Shown: one piece after another, positions 47,512 through 61,120 of the stretch
Layout of the letters: every line of letters starts with the position of its first letter
Numbering within the stretch: the first letter of the stretch is position 1
DNA from: Balanoglossus misakiensis
Lineage: Eukaryota; Animalia; Hemichordata
Direction: 5' to 3'
Assembly (NCBI GenBank): GCA_040954595.2
Contig: CM082580.2
Span: 14,646,389-14,710,388 of the forward strand
DNA length: 64,000 nt
Program-made: the position numbers and the translations under genes
Notes under the pieces: model-generated
What the model saw: the letters and a program-made list of their open reading frames with translations, nothing else
Databases searched by the model: none
Told to the model about the DNA's origin: nothing

Positions 47512-47827
47512 TTAAGCAATAAAACACCCCCAGCCATGGTATATCACGAGATTTTGACCAGTTCACGACATATACGCACGAGCGATAGCGAGTGCGTATA
47601 TGGAGTTGAACTGGTCAAAATCGAGTGGTATACCATGGCTGGGGGTGTTTTATTGCTATTATATTATGCCAGTATATTGAAACTTTGCATAAAACATTTT
47701 AAAAAGGCATTTTCTTTAACTATGATATATGACTGTGGTATATGGCTAATATATCACGGTCACGTGTCGTGTCTCGACCAATCAAATAGCGTGATTTACA
47801 CCATCAATATACTGGTATAATATAATA
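47512..47827. mobile_element. ~316-bp hairpin-ended element, copy 1 (SPRYD3 intron 1)
   Basis: ~143-bp palindrome at 47515-47657; the other end is cacgtg...ccaatca...ggtataata; near-identical to 60805-61120. Confidence 0.9.
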
Positions 47828-48991
47828 TTCAATATCTCTTTGATATCACAATTACCCTCTCAGCATCTACCCTGTACCTTTCAAATTAAAATATACCGTA
47901 GGTCGTCTTTCAGATTTTCTGTACATAGGGAAGGGGCGGGTCAAGTGAGTCTAATCCATGGGGTATATAGTCAGTCTCATGACCGTGAAAAATGTCTGCA
48001 AAAATCATGCACGGCACATATTGATTACAATACAGTCAACATATCTGATCAGAGCAATACATGCACACTCACAGTACAGCCAGCCAGTTCAGATGAAGTG
48101 GTTTCCATAGAAACATTATCTGCTGGAAATGTACATGTGATATACCACATGCACTGGTTTCTTTAGGCTAGCTAGCCTTTGATGGAGCTCTGACCATGCA
48201 AAAAAATTACAGTTTTTATCAGAGAAGAAGCCACCACTAATGTATACAGGTGTATCATCAAACTGCTGAAATAATGCTAGACACTGTTGCCAAGACAACC
48301 ACTCAGATCGTACCTTGATTGACATAATGATGTCAAAACCATAGTCACCATTCTCAAATCAATTTTGTAGTTCAATTTAGAATGTACAGACACCATGGCT
48401 TGACCAACAAATAGTCTGACACTATAAAGTCTAACGCAATTATGTAGACTGAGAATGCTAATTACCAATTCTATGGCTGTTATATAACATGGCTAATCTC
48501 CTGTAATCACATGCAGTGAATCTCGTATTTTAACAAAATAATAGCTTTTTATCATTTGGATAGGATGTTTTTGAGTGAAATGTATAAAAAAAATCGACAA
48601 ATCATGGGAATTTCTGAATGTGATCGCCTAAAACTTTTAAATGAACTGCATAAATACAAAAGTACTGGATATAAAAGGATATCATTATCAAAAGGGAGAT
48701 ATTATATGCTTTAATCATGTCTCTATTGACTAGTGACTGATAGATTAGCTGCAGTATAGCCATAAACAGTTTATGCAGAAAACATGTCATTCAGCTTTTA
48801 TTTATCCTGCCAAAAAAAATTTCCTGATAAACTAAGAGGTAAAATATTGAGCATACCAAATGCATTCATTTCTGTATGAAAACTCAACTGGCATCAATGC
48901 AGACGAAAACAACAAATCAAACACCAATATTTCTGGAAACTAATAATGATGATGATGATTATTATTATAATTATATCATCATAAACAGTAG

Positions 48992-49083
<92 letters not shown>
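48992..49083. repeat. (CAT)n microsatellite
   Basis: Directly visible; it produces the spurious poly-Ile ORF 48876..49319. Confidence 0.97.
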
Positions 49084-49961
49084 ATGATTCATCATCATTT
49101 ATTTTTCTTTCAATTCAACTGAGAAATCTTATTATCATTGAAGAAGAAAGCAATTTATATGCATGTATACTAAACATATGTTTACCCTTCAGTAATGTTT
49201 ATCCTGGTTTGACCTCTAAAATATCCTATAACAAAATGTATGTTGACACGCATAAATGCTTGCACATCACGTACATCAATCACCTAGCAGAGTACATCCG
49301 TCAACATTTAAAAAACTGAGTTGTCATAATGATAGGGTTTTGAAATTTTTTAAATATCATAATACATGTCACTTGGACTTTATAAACGTATGAATAGAAA
49401 ATTGAATAAACAAATTATCACTGGGGCCGAAGGACACATGTGGAGGACAGGTCCACATTGATGACATTTTCGCACTTTTATAGCGTAACTCAATGTAAAT
49501 ATTCCACTTGATGTGTCGTGGCGTAATTATAAAACTACATGACTATATACTGTGTACAGGGTGTTGGTCAACTATTTTGGTTTTGTGGTTGGCCAAATTT
49601 TAAAAGGGATCACACTGAATGCGGACTTTCAGCTGATCAGTGCAACGTTCCATCATTTTCCAACACCCGTTGTCCCGCGTCAATTTCGTTACTCCGGATA
49701 TTTCAACATAAACGTAAACATGATTTGTACTCATACTGTACTGTGCACAAACGTGGACGTACACATTACATGTAAACTATAGATGTAGTACATTGTAACT
49801 TCCGGGTTTATGGTTGGTCAGCTAGTACTACTTGGACAGCAAAATCGCCGGACCGTCGTGTAAAACTGACGATATGAATGGACTTAAACTACATTTTTGA
49901 AATCGAAACAACCTAATGTGTTACCTTCAGTAAGTGAAATTACTCATGACAGTATATTTAC

Positions 49962-50325
49962 CTGTGTCACATTGATGACACTACCCGCTGTGTACGTTCC
50001 CTTCTGGTTGCCGTGAACGTTTACGTCAGTACTGAGCGTGCGCGGAGAGCGTTATTTTTGTCTCGCAACATGCGAGACGAAAATTAAAGGATTGTAGATT
50101 CAAACTCATGCACACTACAACCCCTCGGAACCAGGTTGAATACACAAATTGATTAAAATGACAAATTCTGTGAGACTATATACTGTTGTGTTCAGAAACA
50201 CAATGTCACAATTTTATTAATGACAATATTTCGGTCACATGACTTGAACGAGAGTTTAGGATAGGAGGGAGCGTCTGTTGTCTGCATCGAAATATTTACA
50301 GTGTGCATTTTAAAATTCCGTAACA
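49962..50325. promoter_or_regulatory. Bidirectional promoter SPRYD3 (-) / RP2 (+), including probable SPRYD3 non-coding exon 1
   Basis: Minus-strand donor CAG|GTAAAT at 49962/49961, paired with the acceptor at 46735; TTACGTCA 50021-50028, GCGTGCGC ~50036, palindromic TCTCGCAACATGCGAGA 50061-50077, ACTACAACCCC (ZNF143/SBS-associated-like) 50114-50124. Confidence 0.65.
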
Positions 50326-53300
50326 ATGGGTTGTCTATGGCCAAAACCAGGAGACGAGTCAGGAGAGCAAGAGGAGGCACCCAAAGTTTATAGTTGGTAA
50401 GATATAAACCAGAAAATTTACAATTTCAATCACTGATCAACAAACTATGCAATGTAGTCTGTCACTGACACCACGGAGTTGCTGACACTGAAGCAGCCTT
50501 ATACACTCTACCACTGACAGATCTGATTGGTCACTATTACTTTCCGCACACCTGAAACAGATGTTTATTTTCAGCAATTCAGCTCAATCGTGCAAATAAA
50601 ATTAAAAGCTAAAGTTTATTTATAGCATTGCATTCACCTAATTGCCAGTTTTTTCCTGGTACAGTCCCTAACTATATCATAATCTGAATATGCTCTGTCT
50701 AATATTATTCCATGTAAGGATGTCTGAGGGCGCACTTCAGGATCTTCAAAGGTGTACAGAGATTCTCCAGTGTCACTTGTGTAAAATGCCTTGTACATGT
50801 AATCATAAAATACAACATGAATGCTGACTGCTTATGTCTATTATTAGGCAAGAGGAGATTGGAATTACTATGAAATAATCCTGACACTCCCTCACCCAAC
50901 AACCAGTGAAGTGGAGTAGGAGGCTGGGGTTCTGTAGCGTTATTTTGCCACCTTCACATAAAACACTTCTTACAAATAGCCAGTTTTCATCAGCGTGTTA
51001 TTAGGTACAGTTGCACCCTGACTTCAACGTCAGCAAAATTGTTGAAGATATTCTGAAAAGAAGATTACCGCTATTAGGAATTTTCAAGCCATTTACATAG
51101 CAACAAAGATGACATATCTCTTTATCAATTCATCATATAATTTTAACTGTCAAATCATGTTTCAAAATATACCGGTTCTACTAGTACATAAAATTGGTGA
51201 TAATAGATGGTTCTGTATTCACAGAGCCAGACTCATGATAAGGATATATTCTAGACTGAATTTTTATCCAGACGTCATCACAAGTTAGTATGCAGCACTT
51301 ATAATCGTTCCCATCTGGATTCGAACGATAATGTTGATCTAAATGTTACCATACTTGCACATTTGGTTTGCCAAGTTGTTCCTTATCTTACTTCAGTTTC
51401 GGCGCCCAGTTGCTGATGTTGCGGTAAATTCAAAGAGGTTATATCTAGATTGATAACAATACTAACAGTGGGGTATTACGGGTGTCGTAAGAGGATCGTC
51501 TTACACTTTAAACAAACTGGCGAAGCATCCTACCGGGTAAGAAACCATTAATCCTGTTTGTGTTTGCCGCAAAGCATATAAACTGTACAACAACTGTAGC
51601 AAAGTTGGAATCAACTTCACAAACCAATTACACAAGTGTGATAACATTTAGATCAACATGAACGTTCGAAGCCAGATTAGCCCGGAGACGCGGCCGTTGA
51701 TCTAGAATCTAGAATACAACGCCCGGGGACAGTGGACTAACTTCCTGCTGAGCGGAAAGATAGTAGCCCTGGCAACGATCAGGGTCGCTTAGTAACGAAT
51801 GGATAACGAGTGATCTATCAAATGTTGACGGGCGCCAGTGGTTGGATGATATAATTAACATAGCTTGGGTATGATAACATACTTGGTGACTCCACCTCTA
51901 TTTCCTTATTTAGAATGCGATGATGTCATCTGGTTTACACATTGTTACATTGAGTGACCAATTAGCTTACACACAAGATTTACCACCCGTGTCGTTCTGC
52001 GCACAGAATTCGGTGCGTAAATAGAGACTGTCCCCGGGCGTTCCTTTTCCCCTAGACCAAAGCCCGTGTAAAGCCCGCGTCTCCGGGCTAAAGCCAGATG
52101 GGAACGACCGTAATAGCTACAAATAAGCTAAGCGGTCTATTTTACTTGGTGCGAAGTCAGTTTCTCAGAAGGTTAAGGGGTCTGCACTAGTTCATTAGAT
52201 ATGTAGGTGTGTGGACATTGTAACCAAAACTGTACGTGTAATACTTGGTGCTGCTGATATAAGACAAGCCTGTGGATGATTGTCCTATAATTGCCAAGTA
52301 GTGACAAATTCTACTGAGCGATTGAAACATGAAGACCTGACATTGTCTGACAGAATGAATTTTGAATGCTGTGTGTGGGGAAAATAATCTGTTTTGTTGA
52401 CAGCTGCTGTCTAAAAAAACAGTGGGATTCTCCAATGGAAATTTCAGAAATCAGCTCATAATTTATATTTATCTGTTTGCTTTATACAAACATTTCACCT
52501 GACCAGTGTTTAGTGGAACAATTTCCTTTGTAAGTCTGTATCTATCCAGAGAGGCACTGTGAATGTATTCATCAGATTCAGAGTTACAGAGTCATTGTGT
52601 GATTGTGGAGAGCCTTTTAACCGGCATTCTTCCTGGGGCACTTGTACTATTCACAGTGGATGCTGCTTGACATTCTGCAAGCAAATGTAAATATCTGTTG
52701 GTGGCAGCTGAATCAAGTTGCGTGAATACAGCATGAGGTAGAAAATCGACAAGGAATGGCTTCACCACCAGACAAGTTGCTTCTATTCGCATTCGCTGTG
52801 ATGACTTGCTCAACAAAACCTGACATCCCAGGAGAGTCATAAAGGAATATCCAAATTCTGAGACTTCATCAATGACTCATCACTACTGCCACTATCAACA
52901 AAGACATTTTCAATGCACTGTTATATCTTGAAATTGTTTGTTCAGACAGTGCTACTAAATGTATGCAGATAATCACCTGTTGTCTGGTCATTATGTATGC
53001 CTGCCATTGTACACCTCACTCCTGACAATTGCAACTCTTACAACAGGATTGTGTGCATAATTAAACCATCCTTATGAGCAACTACGAGTATCAAAGCAAT
53101 TCTGACAACTCAGGACTGTTTAACTGTCTCCTACATCCGTTTTCTACTTTGGACAGGGAGCGGAAAGACAGACCTGACCCCAAGGATTTCACCATTGAAA
53201 ACCTGAAAGGGGAGACAGTTGGCCGTGTACCAGGTACAATTAATGGACAACAGTTTATAATCAATAACTGCGAGGTGAGTTTTTCTTTTAGGTCAATCTC

Positions 53301-56300
53301 CTCACCATCTGCTAGTAAACTTCATAATCTCAATTGTCCAATTTAAGAGAAATTTCACATCATAATGGGTACAGGGCACATCATAGTGAAACAATTGTTT
53401 TCACTTGAATTCAGATACTCTTACCAACAAAAAATACAACCTATGATCAACACAGAGTTTCTGATCATACAATTGAAAATATCTCTAGCTTAAATCATTT
53501 AAAACACTGAGCACTAAATTACTATGTAAGCAGACATCAAGTCCAGTTTAGTACTTGAAATTTGTTAGATTTGTGAGCTTAGGTAAGTGCATGCTAAAGT
53601 TTATGTTACTCACCCAGAGGGAACTAGTCAACCATCATCAAACCAGGTATCCATAATAATAGAGTGATTGCAAATGCAGTGAAAGCACTGGGTATATGCT
53701 GTGTTATAGTGAATGAAATTCCTCCATTGATTAAGTTTCAAATCTGTGTTACACCAAATCAAAATACCTATGACAATGAGAGATAGACTCTTTAAACCAG
53801 GCAGATTTCTAACTTTTTTGCGCAAATTTGAAACATGCTTCTGTTAATGAGTTTTGGATCCATACAAAAACAAACAAGAAATGTGAAATGGGTACTTGCA
53901 GCTGGTAGACTCTCATAATAAGGAGTGTGGGTTATATTGATTACTGTGGCAATTTATTGCGTTGCTTGGGAATATCAAAGTCAGCCACTAATAAACAGAT
54001 ACATGTAGTATACGTGTATTTCCTGTGTCAGTGGCAACATATGCATACACAATGAAGTGAGTTCATGGTCGGAATAATACTCACTTTACTCCAGCATTCT
54101 TTGAGTCATCAGAAACAAACAGTGGAAATAACAGAGAATTAAGATTTGTATGTCAGCATATGAAATGGTAACCACATCACTGTGCATTAGCCACAGGGGA
54201 AAAATCTGCCATCAAAGGAGAGGGCTGTGTTCTAATCTAAGTATATAATCCTACTTATGGCTATGCGCTTATTTATTACTGTGTGCATTATCCAGCTGCT
54301 TGCCGAATACTGGAAATCACCAGAGCACTTTGTGCTTGCCGTGCTGATAATGTAATGAGAGAGAGAGAAAAAAACTGTGCAAATTGATAATATATCAATA
54401 AATTAATATGAAAAACAAAACAGTGATTGATGAAAAGGTCCATTTCCCTAAAATTCCTAAAGGAATGAGACAATAACATAGACATAATATGAACATTAAT
54501 GCCATATCAATTTGTTTCTCAAAAGTCGTATTTATGTTTCTGCCAGCTAGAAGTAAATTGATTCCTCTTTAATGTGTTTTCATGGTGTGTTGTAAGGATG
54601 TATTTAAATTAGATGTTAAGCGATTAGAGCTATTGTGTTCATGCCTATGGATGGCACGTTATGGTTTTCTTCAAGAGGTTGTACAAAGAATCAGAATCAG
54701 ATAACAAACTGATTAGTCTGAACAGTTGTAGAAATTTTATGTTTATGGAATTAAGAAGAAAAATCGCTTTAATTTCTTAAAATGTGTGTGCTTAGATTAA
54801 AAATCTGTTCTTGAAAGACTGTCTAGTAGATTTATGATCATGACCCAAGTTAATGTTTTGGGGATTTTGAGAATGATAATCATATTTGTAAATGACAACT
54901 TATAAGTTAATATCAGAAAGTAAATGTCATGGATTGATACACGGTAATTTAAGGATGTATGCGCAGATCGTACGCTGGTAAACAACGCGCATGTGTCTCT
55001 TTCTCATAGGATTACATTGATAATTGCTAGAAAACTCACATCTGCTATTGTCATTTCCACGAAATTTTACATATAGCTCAGTCAAGTAAAAATAAATTCA
55101 TAAGTCAAATAAAATCGTGTGGTCACCACACTCTATTTTGATATATAAACTTCGCTAAAAATTTTCCCCATAGACAAACCATTGGTGAAAAATGCTGAGA
55201 CAGCAGTTTTCTTCTATTATCGACTTAATTCATGGCTCTGTATTTCAAAAACAAGCGTGGTGACCCCTATATTTTATTACTGATTTCCATTGTACATACA
55301 AAGGAGAATCTAATTTTGCTGAACGTACATTTCGCATTAATGACTATGTTCATGGAAGGATTGTTCTGCAAAGACATCAAACCAATTATGTAAGAGCATT
55401 TTCAGAATTTTTCGCCATCAATCAAGGTTATTGAGTTGGTGTATATCCAACAGCCTGTAATTTCGATCAACCTAATTTGTTCGGACAAATGACATAGATT
55501 AATATTGAACTTACTCAGCTTTTCTGATTTGCAGGATTGCAACATCTACATTTATGACCATACAGCTACCATCACTATAGATGACTGTATCAACTGTAGG
55601 ATCTTCGTCGCTCCAATTAAAGGAAGGTAAATAATATATTCCAAAATGTAATTATCAAGGGGGCATTAGTTTGTCTATGCCATGATGAACTGTCGGGTAC
55701 ATCTATTCGTGTGCCTCTTGAACAAAATTGCAGTTATTTTTTGTATATTGAAAATCCTTCAAAGACATGCTACCCTTTCTGAGTCTCATAAACAGGTACT
55801 ACTACTAGCCATGGTTACTGTTTTACAACTTTACTTCAAGTGAGATCAGAATACACACATATTAATCTGTTTAACATGAACTAAATTAACTTACTTTTCC
55901 CGATAATCAATTGAAATACAGAATGATAAAAATCGAAGATTTTTGTACTGCAATTGCCTTTTGTGTGTAATAAAATGTTTTATCCTAGTGTATATTGGAA
56001 AAGATGAGTATTCATAAAATTACTTTTTTTAAACTGACTACATGTATATGATCTGCATACAGAAATATCTCACTTGCCAGGAAGTTCACTTGGGTTGACA
56101 AGGAAAGCATGTACATGTACACTTCATTTATAATGAATATTTTTGTGGGTAGTACATGTATGATTTCAATCAAAAAAGCTAATAGCTGCTTCCTTGGTGA
56201 GATTTGTTTGTTGTGCATTTTTTAAGAATATCTTTAACAGATTTAAAGTAATTGTTTGTCATTATTTGTGTTACCATTTTGTAAACATTTACTATTTCTG

Positions 56301-57742
56301 TGCAACATAATCTTGTCATCACTTTTGTGGGGTCTTGTACAAAAACCAGCAATCATTGTGAATGCATTGTCTCCGTTGGGCAAAATCATTCATTGTGATG
56401 AAAACCACATCAACTGCAACATGAAAAAGCCTCAATTTGTAAAAACATTGTGTTTTGCCTCATAAATATGCAGCACATGCAATTTCGTTTGTGTGGCTGA
56501 TGCCTTGATATTAAATAAAGGCCATATTTTGTCCAATGCCCAAACACAGATAACTGTCTAGGGCAACAAAATAATGTCTGGAGTCTGTTCATGAATGCAT
56601 GTGTATATTTTGTTATTTGGTCAAAGTTGATTCTTGCTAACATTTTTAAATAGTTTGTATTCCATTATCGGAACTTTTAAATGAAGTCAACTGTAATAAT
56701 AAAATAGTATGATTATGAATAGTTTCATTTTACATTTTAGTGGATCTTGAAACTAATCAGCTGTGTCATGTTTGACTGCTAAACTATAGCAGCCTATATG
56801 TATATGTACTGGTCATATTTGAATTCACATCGAGGGTAAAGTTTTCTGTATTTTGATCTTATTTTGAATTTTTCAGTGTATACTTCCGAGACTGCAAAGA
56901 TTGCAAATGTGTGGTGGCATGTCAACAGTTCCGGACGAGAGATTGCAAAAAGATGGACATATTCCTCTGCTGCCAAACACAACCAATTATTGAATCATCC
57001 ACTGGTATGAAATTTGGATGTTTTCAGTACTACTATCCAGAACTAAAAGGTAACATAGAATGTTTGTTGTTCACAAGAAATTACGATATTCTATTTTACT
57101 CTCATTGTCTCTAAACTGCACCTCTTTATCAAGATACCAGCTTTGTTGGTGATGATATGCCCACCATGTACTGTCTTATCAATGAAAAAAAAATAAGCAA
57201 AGTCAAATTACAATGGCAGTTTGCATTTTGATATAATCTTTTTATGGCTTTGAATGTTCTTTGACCTATTTTGTTACAACTTGGCACAAAAGTAATAGAC
57301 CATGACAGATATATATATTTATTGTAAAGCACATTGAGATAATTGATTATGTAATGTGTTCATAAAATTGAAGGTTATAATTATGATTATATTTGCAAAT
57401 GATATGCTAATGATTTTACCATCCACCAATGCTGATTCATGTCTGCTTTCTTAAACTGAGGTTGATCTTAATGTAATTTTTATGTGTCTACACTGGCAGA
57501 ACATTTCAAGAAATCAGATCTGAGTGTGTATAACAACAACTGGAGTACTATACATGATTTTACACCAGTACCTGGTGAAACGAACTGGTCGCTCATATCA
57601 GCAGTAAGTATGACCATTGTCAGTTATACTTCTTTCGGTCATCTCTCATCGTCGGGTCCGCATAGCTTGGCTATCTCGTTCTGGGTACAGTCTCCCTAGC
57701 CTACCTTGGCTAGCACAGATGTTCATCTCTGAGGAAACTGCC

Positions 57743-57787
<45 letters not shown>

Positions 57788-57808
57788 GGATGGATGGATG
57801 GATGGATT

Positions 57809-57874
<66 letters not shown>

Positions 57875-59156
57875 TAAATAGATGCCTTCATTTTTTCCAT
57901 TCGCTCTTTTGTGTTTTTAAAGGATGTGAAACTGGAAGACCTTGTGCCAAAACCAACAACAGAACAGTTTGCCCAGGTTGAAATATCCACAGACGTCCAC
58001 AAAAGTGTTGTGCCGCTCACAACTGGAACAAGGAGAATATCATCAGATGAGGTCAGTTTGAATACTGTTAGGTACACCCATGAACGGCTAAAAAAACACA
58101 TTGTTTGACATCTTGGGTTCTGTGATTTGATATCACAAACTTACATAACTAATTTCTTTGAAACACTACCGTAGATCAAGTGTTTTGACTGGATATTTGT
58201 GTTTCACATCAATTACCATAGTGTTTAACAAGGCTCAGGTGCTGACTTCTCTGAGTTCTGTTATAAGACAATACTAGAAATCTGCATTCTTATTTTTGTA
58301 TTTTAGTCTTGTCTAGTAGTGTGTTCTAGGGAGTCTGAAGACAAGATAGAAGAGTTTCTAGAAAAACTCAGAGAAGAGGTAAGACTTTGTATGTCTCAGA
58401 TGTGTGGTATGATGACAGTGTGGCAGTTGTAAGTATGTGAACAGATCCATTTTCTTTCAGATTAGATTTGCATAATAACAAACTTTTGATGTGACATATT
58501 TCCAGTAGTGGTAAATTGGTGTACACCATTCATATAGACATCAACAAACCAATTGACACATCTGGGATAAGTTTGTATGCTGAACACTTGTTTTCTTTGA
58601 CTTGCATACATGTAAATTATAAAAAAAATCCTTGATCTTTTGTTGAAGGGGTCATACATTCTTGTTCAGACCAAAGAAGTGACTATGAGACCAGAAGAAG
58701 CAAATGTTATTCTTGGTGACCCTAAATATTCAACACTTGTCCAAAATGGTGAGTGAAATATTCCTAAGTGAGAAACCTGCATACCTTCCCGAGCTTTCAC
58801 AATTGTTCAGAGTTTATCATTGATGATTGTGCAAAATCTCTCAGAACGTCTAGTGTGTTATTATGCTCAACAGTCAAGTGAAAATCTGTATTTGATGAGA
58901 TCTCAAGTATCAACTGTGTAGCTGTGGATAGATTAATACAGGTATCTGTGGATTTGAAAATAATACCATGTGGTTTCTCTTGGCAGGTCCTGTCATCGGT
59001 TTGCAGTATAACGGTGACCAAGTCATTAGCAAGTGCTCGTCACTTCTCAAGAGCCTCTTAGGCGATGCCATTTACTTCATATCCCAGGACGCAGAAAGTG
59101 GCACCAAAAATATTGAAGAATTCTTCAACTATGCTGACATGCAGATGTCAATGTAG
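50326..59156 (+). CDS. RP2: Protein XRP2 (ARL3 GAP; TBCC/CARP domain + NDK-like domain), ~342 aa, 9 coding exons
   Basis: Exons 50326-50396, 53157-53274, 55535-55626, 56877-57049, 57500-57603, 57923-58051, 58307-58378, 58649-58748, 58987-59156; phases consistent. MGC N-terminus, [32 protein letters not shown] (Gln/Arg-finger region), [36 protein letters not shown]. Confidence 0.96.
51299..52114. mobile_element. Older long-TIR MITE in RP2 intron 1, interrupted by a younger insertion
   Basis: tcgttcccatctggattcgaacgataatgttgatctaaatgttaccatacttg (51305-51357) is the reverse complement of caagtgtgataacatttagatcaacatgaacgttcgaagccagat|gggaacga once 51678-52099 is removed. Confidence 0.75.
51678..52090. 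mobile_element. 413-bp MITE with TAG...CTA ends and 9-bp TSD, nested
   Basis: TIR TAGCCCGGAGACGCGG / CCGCGTCTCCGGGCTA; subterminal IR cgcccggggacagt / actgtccccgggcg; TSD aagccagat at 51669-51677 and 52091-52099. Confidence 0.92.
57743..57883. repeat. Compound tetranucleotide microsatellite (GATA)n(GGAT)n(GACA)n in RP2 intron
   Basis: Directly visible; ends about 40 nt before the acceptor at 57922. Confidence 0.96.
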
Positions 59157-60804
59157 AGGAAAGTGTTAGGAACCCCCCCCCCCCTCAACACACACACACA
59201 CACCTTCACGGTGTTTTGATCTGTGTGTATGGCTTTCATAAACCTTGAATCAGATCACTGACCATCCCAGTCTGTTTGCCTCGATAATCTGTCTTTACAG
59301 ACATTTGCCATTTTAAAGATCTGCAGAGTACTCATCCCCAACAGAGAGTGTAATTATCAGTCCTGCTTCTCATACATATACAGTGTGTTGATTGCTGGAA
59401 AAGTGTTTATCCTCTCATCCCCATTTCCCAATGTGTGGATTCAATCAGATATTTAAAAAACAGGAATGAACCAAACAGCGGGGGTGACAGGATTAACATT
59501 CTCTTTTGAGAGAATACAGTGAAATAGAGACAATGTGTCCAAGTGTTATTTTTGTAAAAATGAAAGCCAAAGGCCATTACTATTATTATTGTCCATGCTG
59601 TTTGTATTTACTCAAAATACATTACTGTATAGCCTTCTGTAGCGAAAATATCCTGCAACAGAATTTGATATTGTATTTTCCAGTTTGTTGTGTTTGTTTT
59701 TGTGTTGTTGTTTTTTTTTGTAAGGAGTAAATGTAAGTTAACATTCCAAGAAATTTTGAAAGATGGTTGTATGTTTGTTTCTTTGAATGGTCAAGGTTGC
59801 TATCTTTCAGCAGTATTTGGGTAATTATCTTCCATGTTGGGAGTAACATGCCATGTTCTGTGCACTGAAAAATGCAGAATGGTCCATTTGTGAGAGCTGC
59901 ACGTACACCCTTTGTAGGCATGTTATGTAGAGTGCTTCGATGAAATAACATCCAAAATTATGTGATAGAAATATTTCAGTGACTTATGTCCAAATATTTG
60001 TGTGATACATGACTAACTTGGTTGACTATTCAGAATGACATATACATAACTTATCATGTGAAACCACACAAATTATCAAAATGGTGTCAAAAAGATAGTG
60101 ACTTTGTCCTTTTATTTTGCAAATGTGTGGCATTGTAACTTTCTGTTGCAAATCCAGAATATTTATACTATATAGTCCCATGACAATATTGCATTGTGAA
60201 GTAAGCCAATTCTGACCCGGCTAACATTGATTGGGCTCAACCATAGGACATGGATGTATGTAGATGTAGGGGTGGCCAACTGTGATTGCATAGCTCATCA
60301 GAAATGAACAATGCACCCATTCCTCCACCAGACTCACGGTATATAAATGTGTGCATTTCAGATTTTTTACATTTTATTCTTGCTTCAAAGCAATATTATT
60401 ATCATAATTGTGCAAGCTACAGTTGTAGTAAATTTGGAATAATGCATTTTGACAAAAATAATGAATTCCTTGCAGATGGAACAAGTTCTATAAAGAAGTG
60501 AAGCCGGCATGTATTTTTATGACCTTGTCTTACCTGCACAGGCTGTATGTTATGTCAGACATCATTATTTTATCAGAGATTATTGTACTTAATATTTCTA
60601 GTGGTTAGCTGCATACCTGGTAAGCATTTCAGATGTCTGCCAACAACCTCCATACGAACAACTTTGATATTTCGCTTTTAAAAATTTCATCCCTTTCTAG
60701 AAAAACAATATATTTCAAAGGGGGTTATTATAAATTATATTATATCATGCTACCGCCCGCCATTCTGATTGGACGATCGAGAGCTCAATCCAGCGATGCT
60801 AAAA

Positions 60805-61120
60805 TTAAGCAATAAAACACCCCCAGCCATGGTATATCACGAGATTTTGACCAGTTCACGACATATACGCACGAGCGATAGCGAGTGCGTATATGGAGTT
60901 GAACTGGTCAAAATCGAGTGGTATACCATGGCTGGGGGTGTTTTATTGCTATTATATTATGCCAGTATATTGAAACTTTGCATAAAACATTTTAAAAAGG
61001 CATTTTCTTTAACTATGATATATGACTGTGGTATATGGCTAATATATCACGGTCACGTGTCGTGTCTCGACCAATCAAATAGCGTGATTTAAACCATCAA
61101 TATACTGGTATAATATAATA
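60805..61120. mobile_element. ~316-bp hairpin-ended element, copy 2 (downstream of RP2)
   Basis: Same orientation as 47512-47827; I see one substitution by eye (tttaca vs tttaaa). Confidence 0.9.

Noticed and set aside
47386-47820. Duplicated 'protein' also seen at 60769..61092
   Set aside because: It is a translation of the palindromic non-coding repeat, with no coding signature.
48876-49319. 147-aa ORF with poly-Ile (membrane-protein-like)
   Set aside because: Artefact of the (CAT)n microsatellite in SPRYD3 intron 1.
54945-55290. Possible further TTAA|AGG-ended element in RP2 intron 2
   Set aside because: The left end ttaaggatgtatgcgc looks element-like, but I could not find a matching right TIR.
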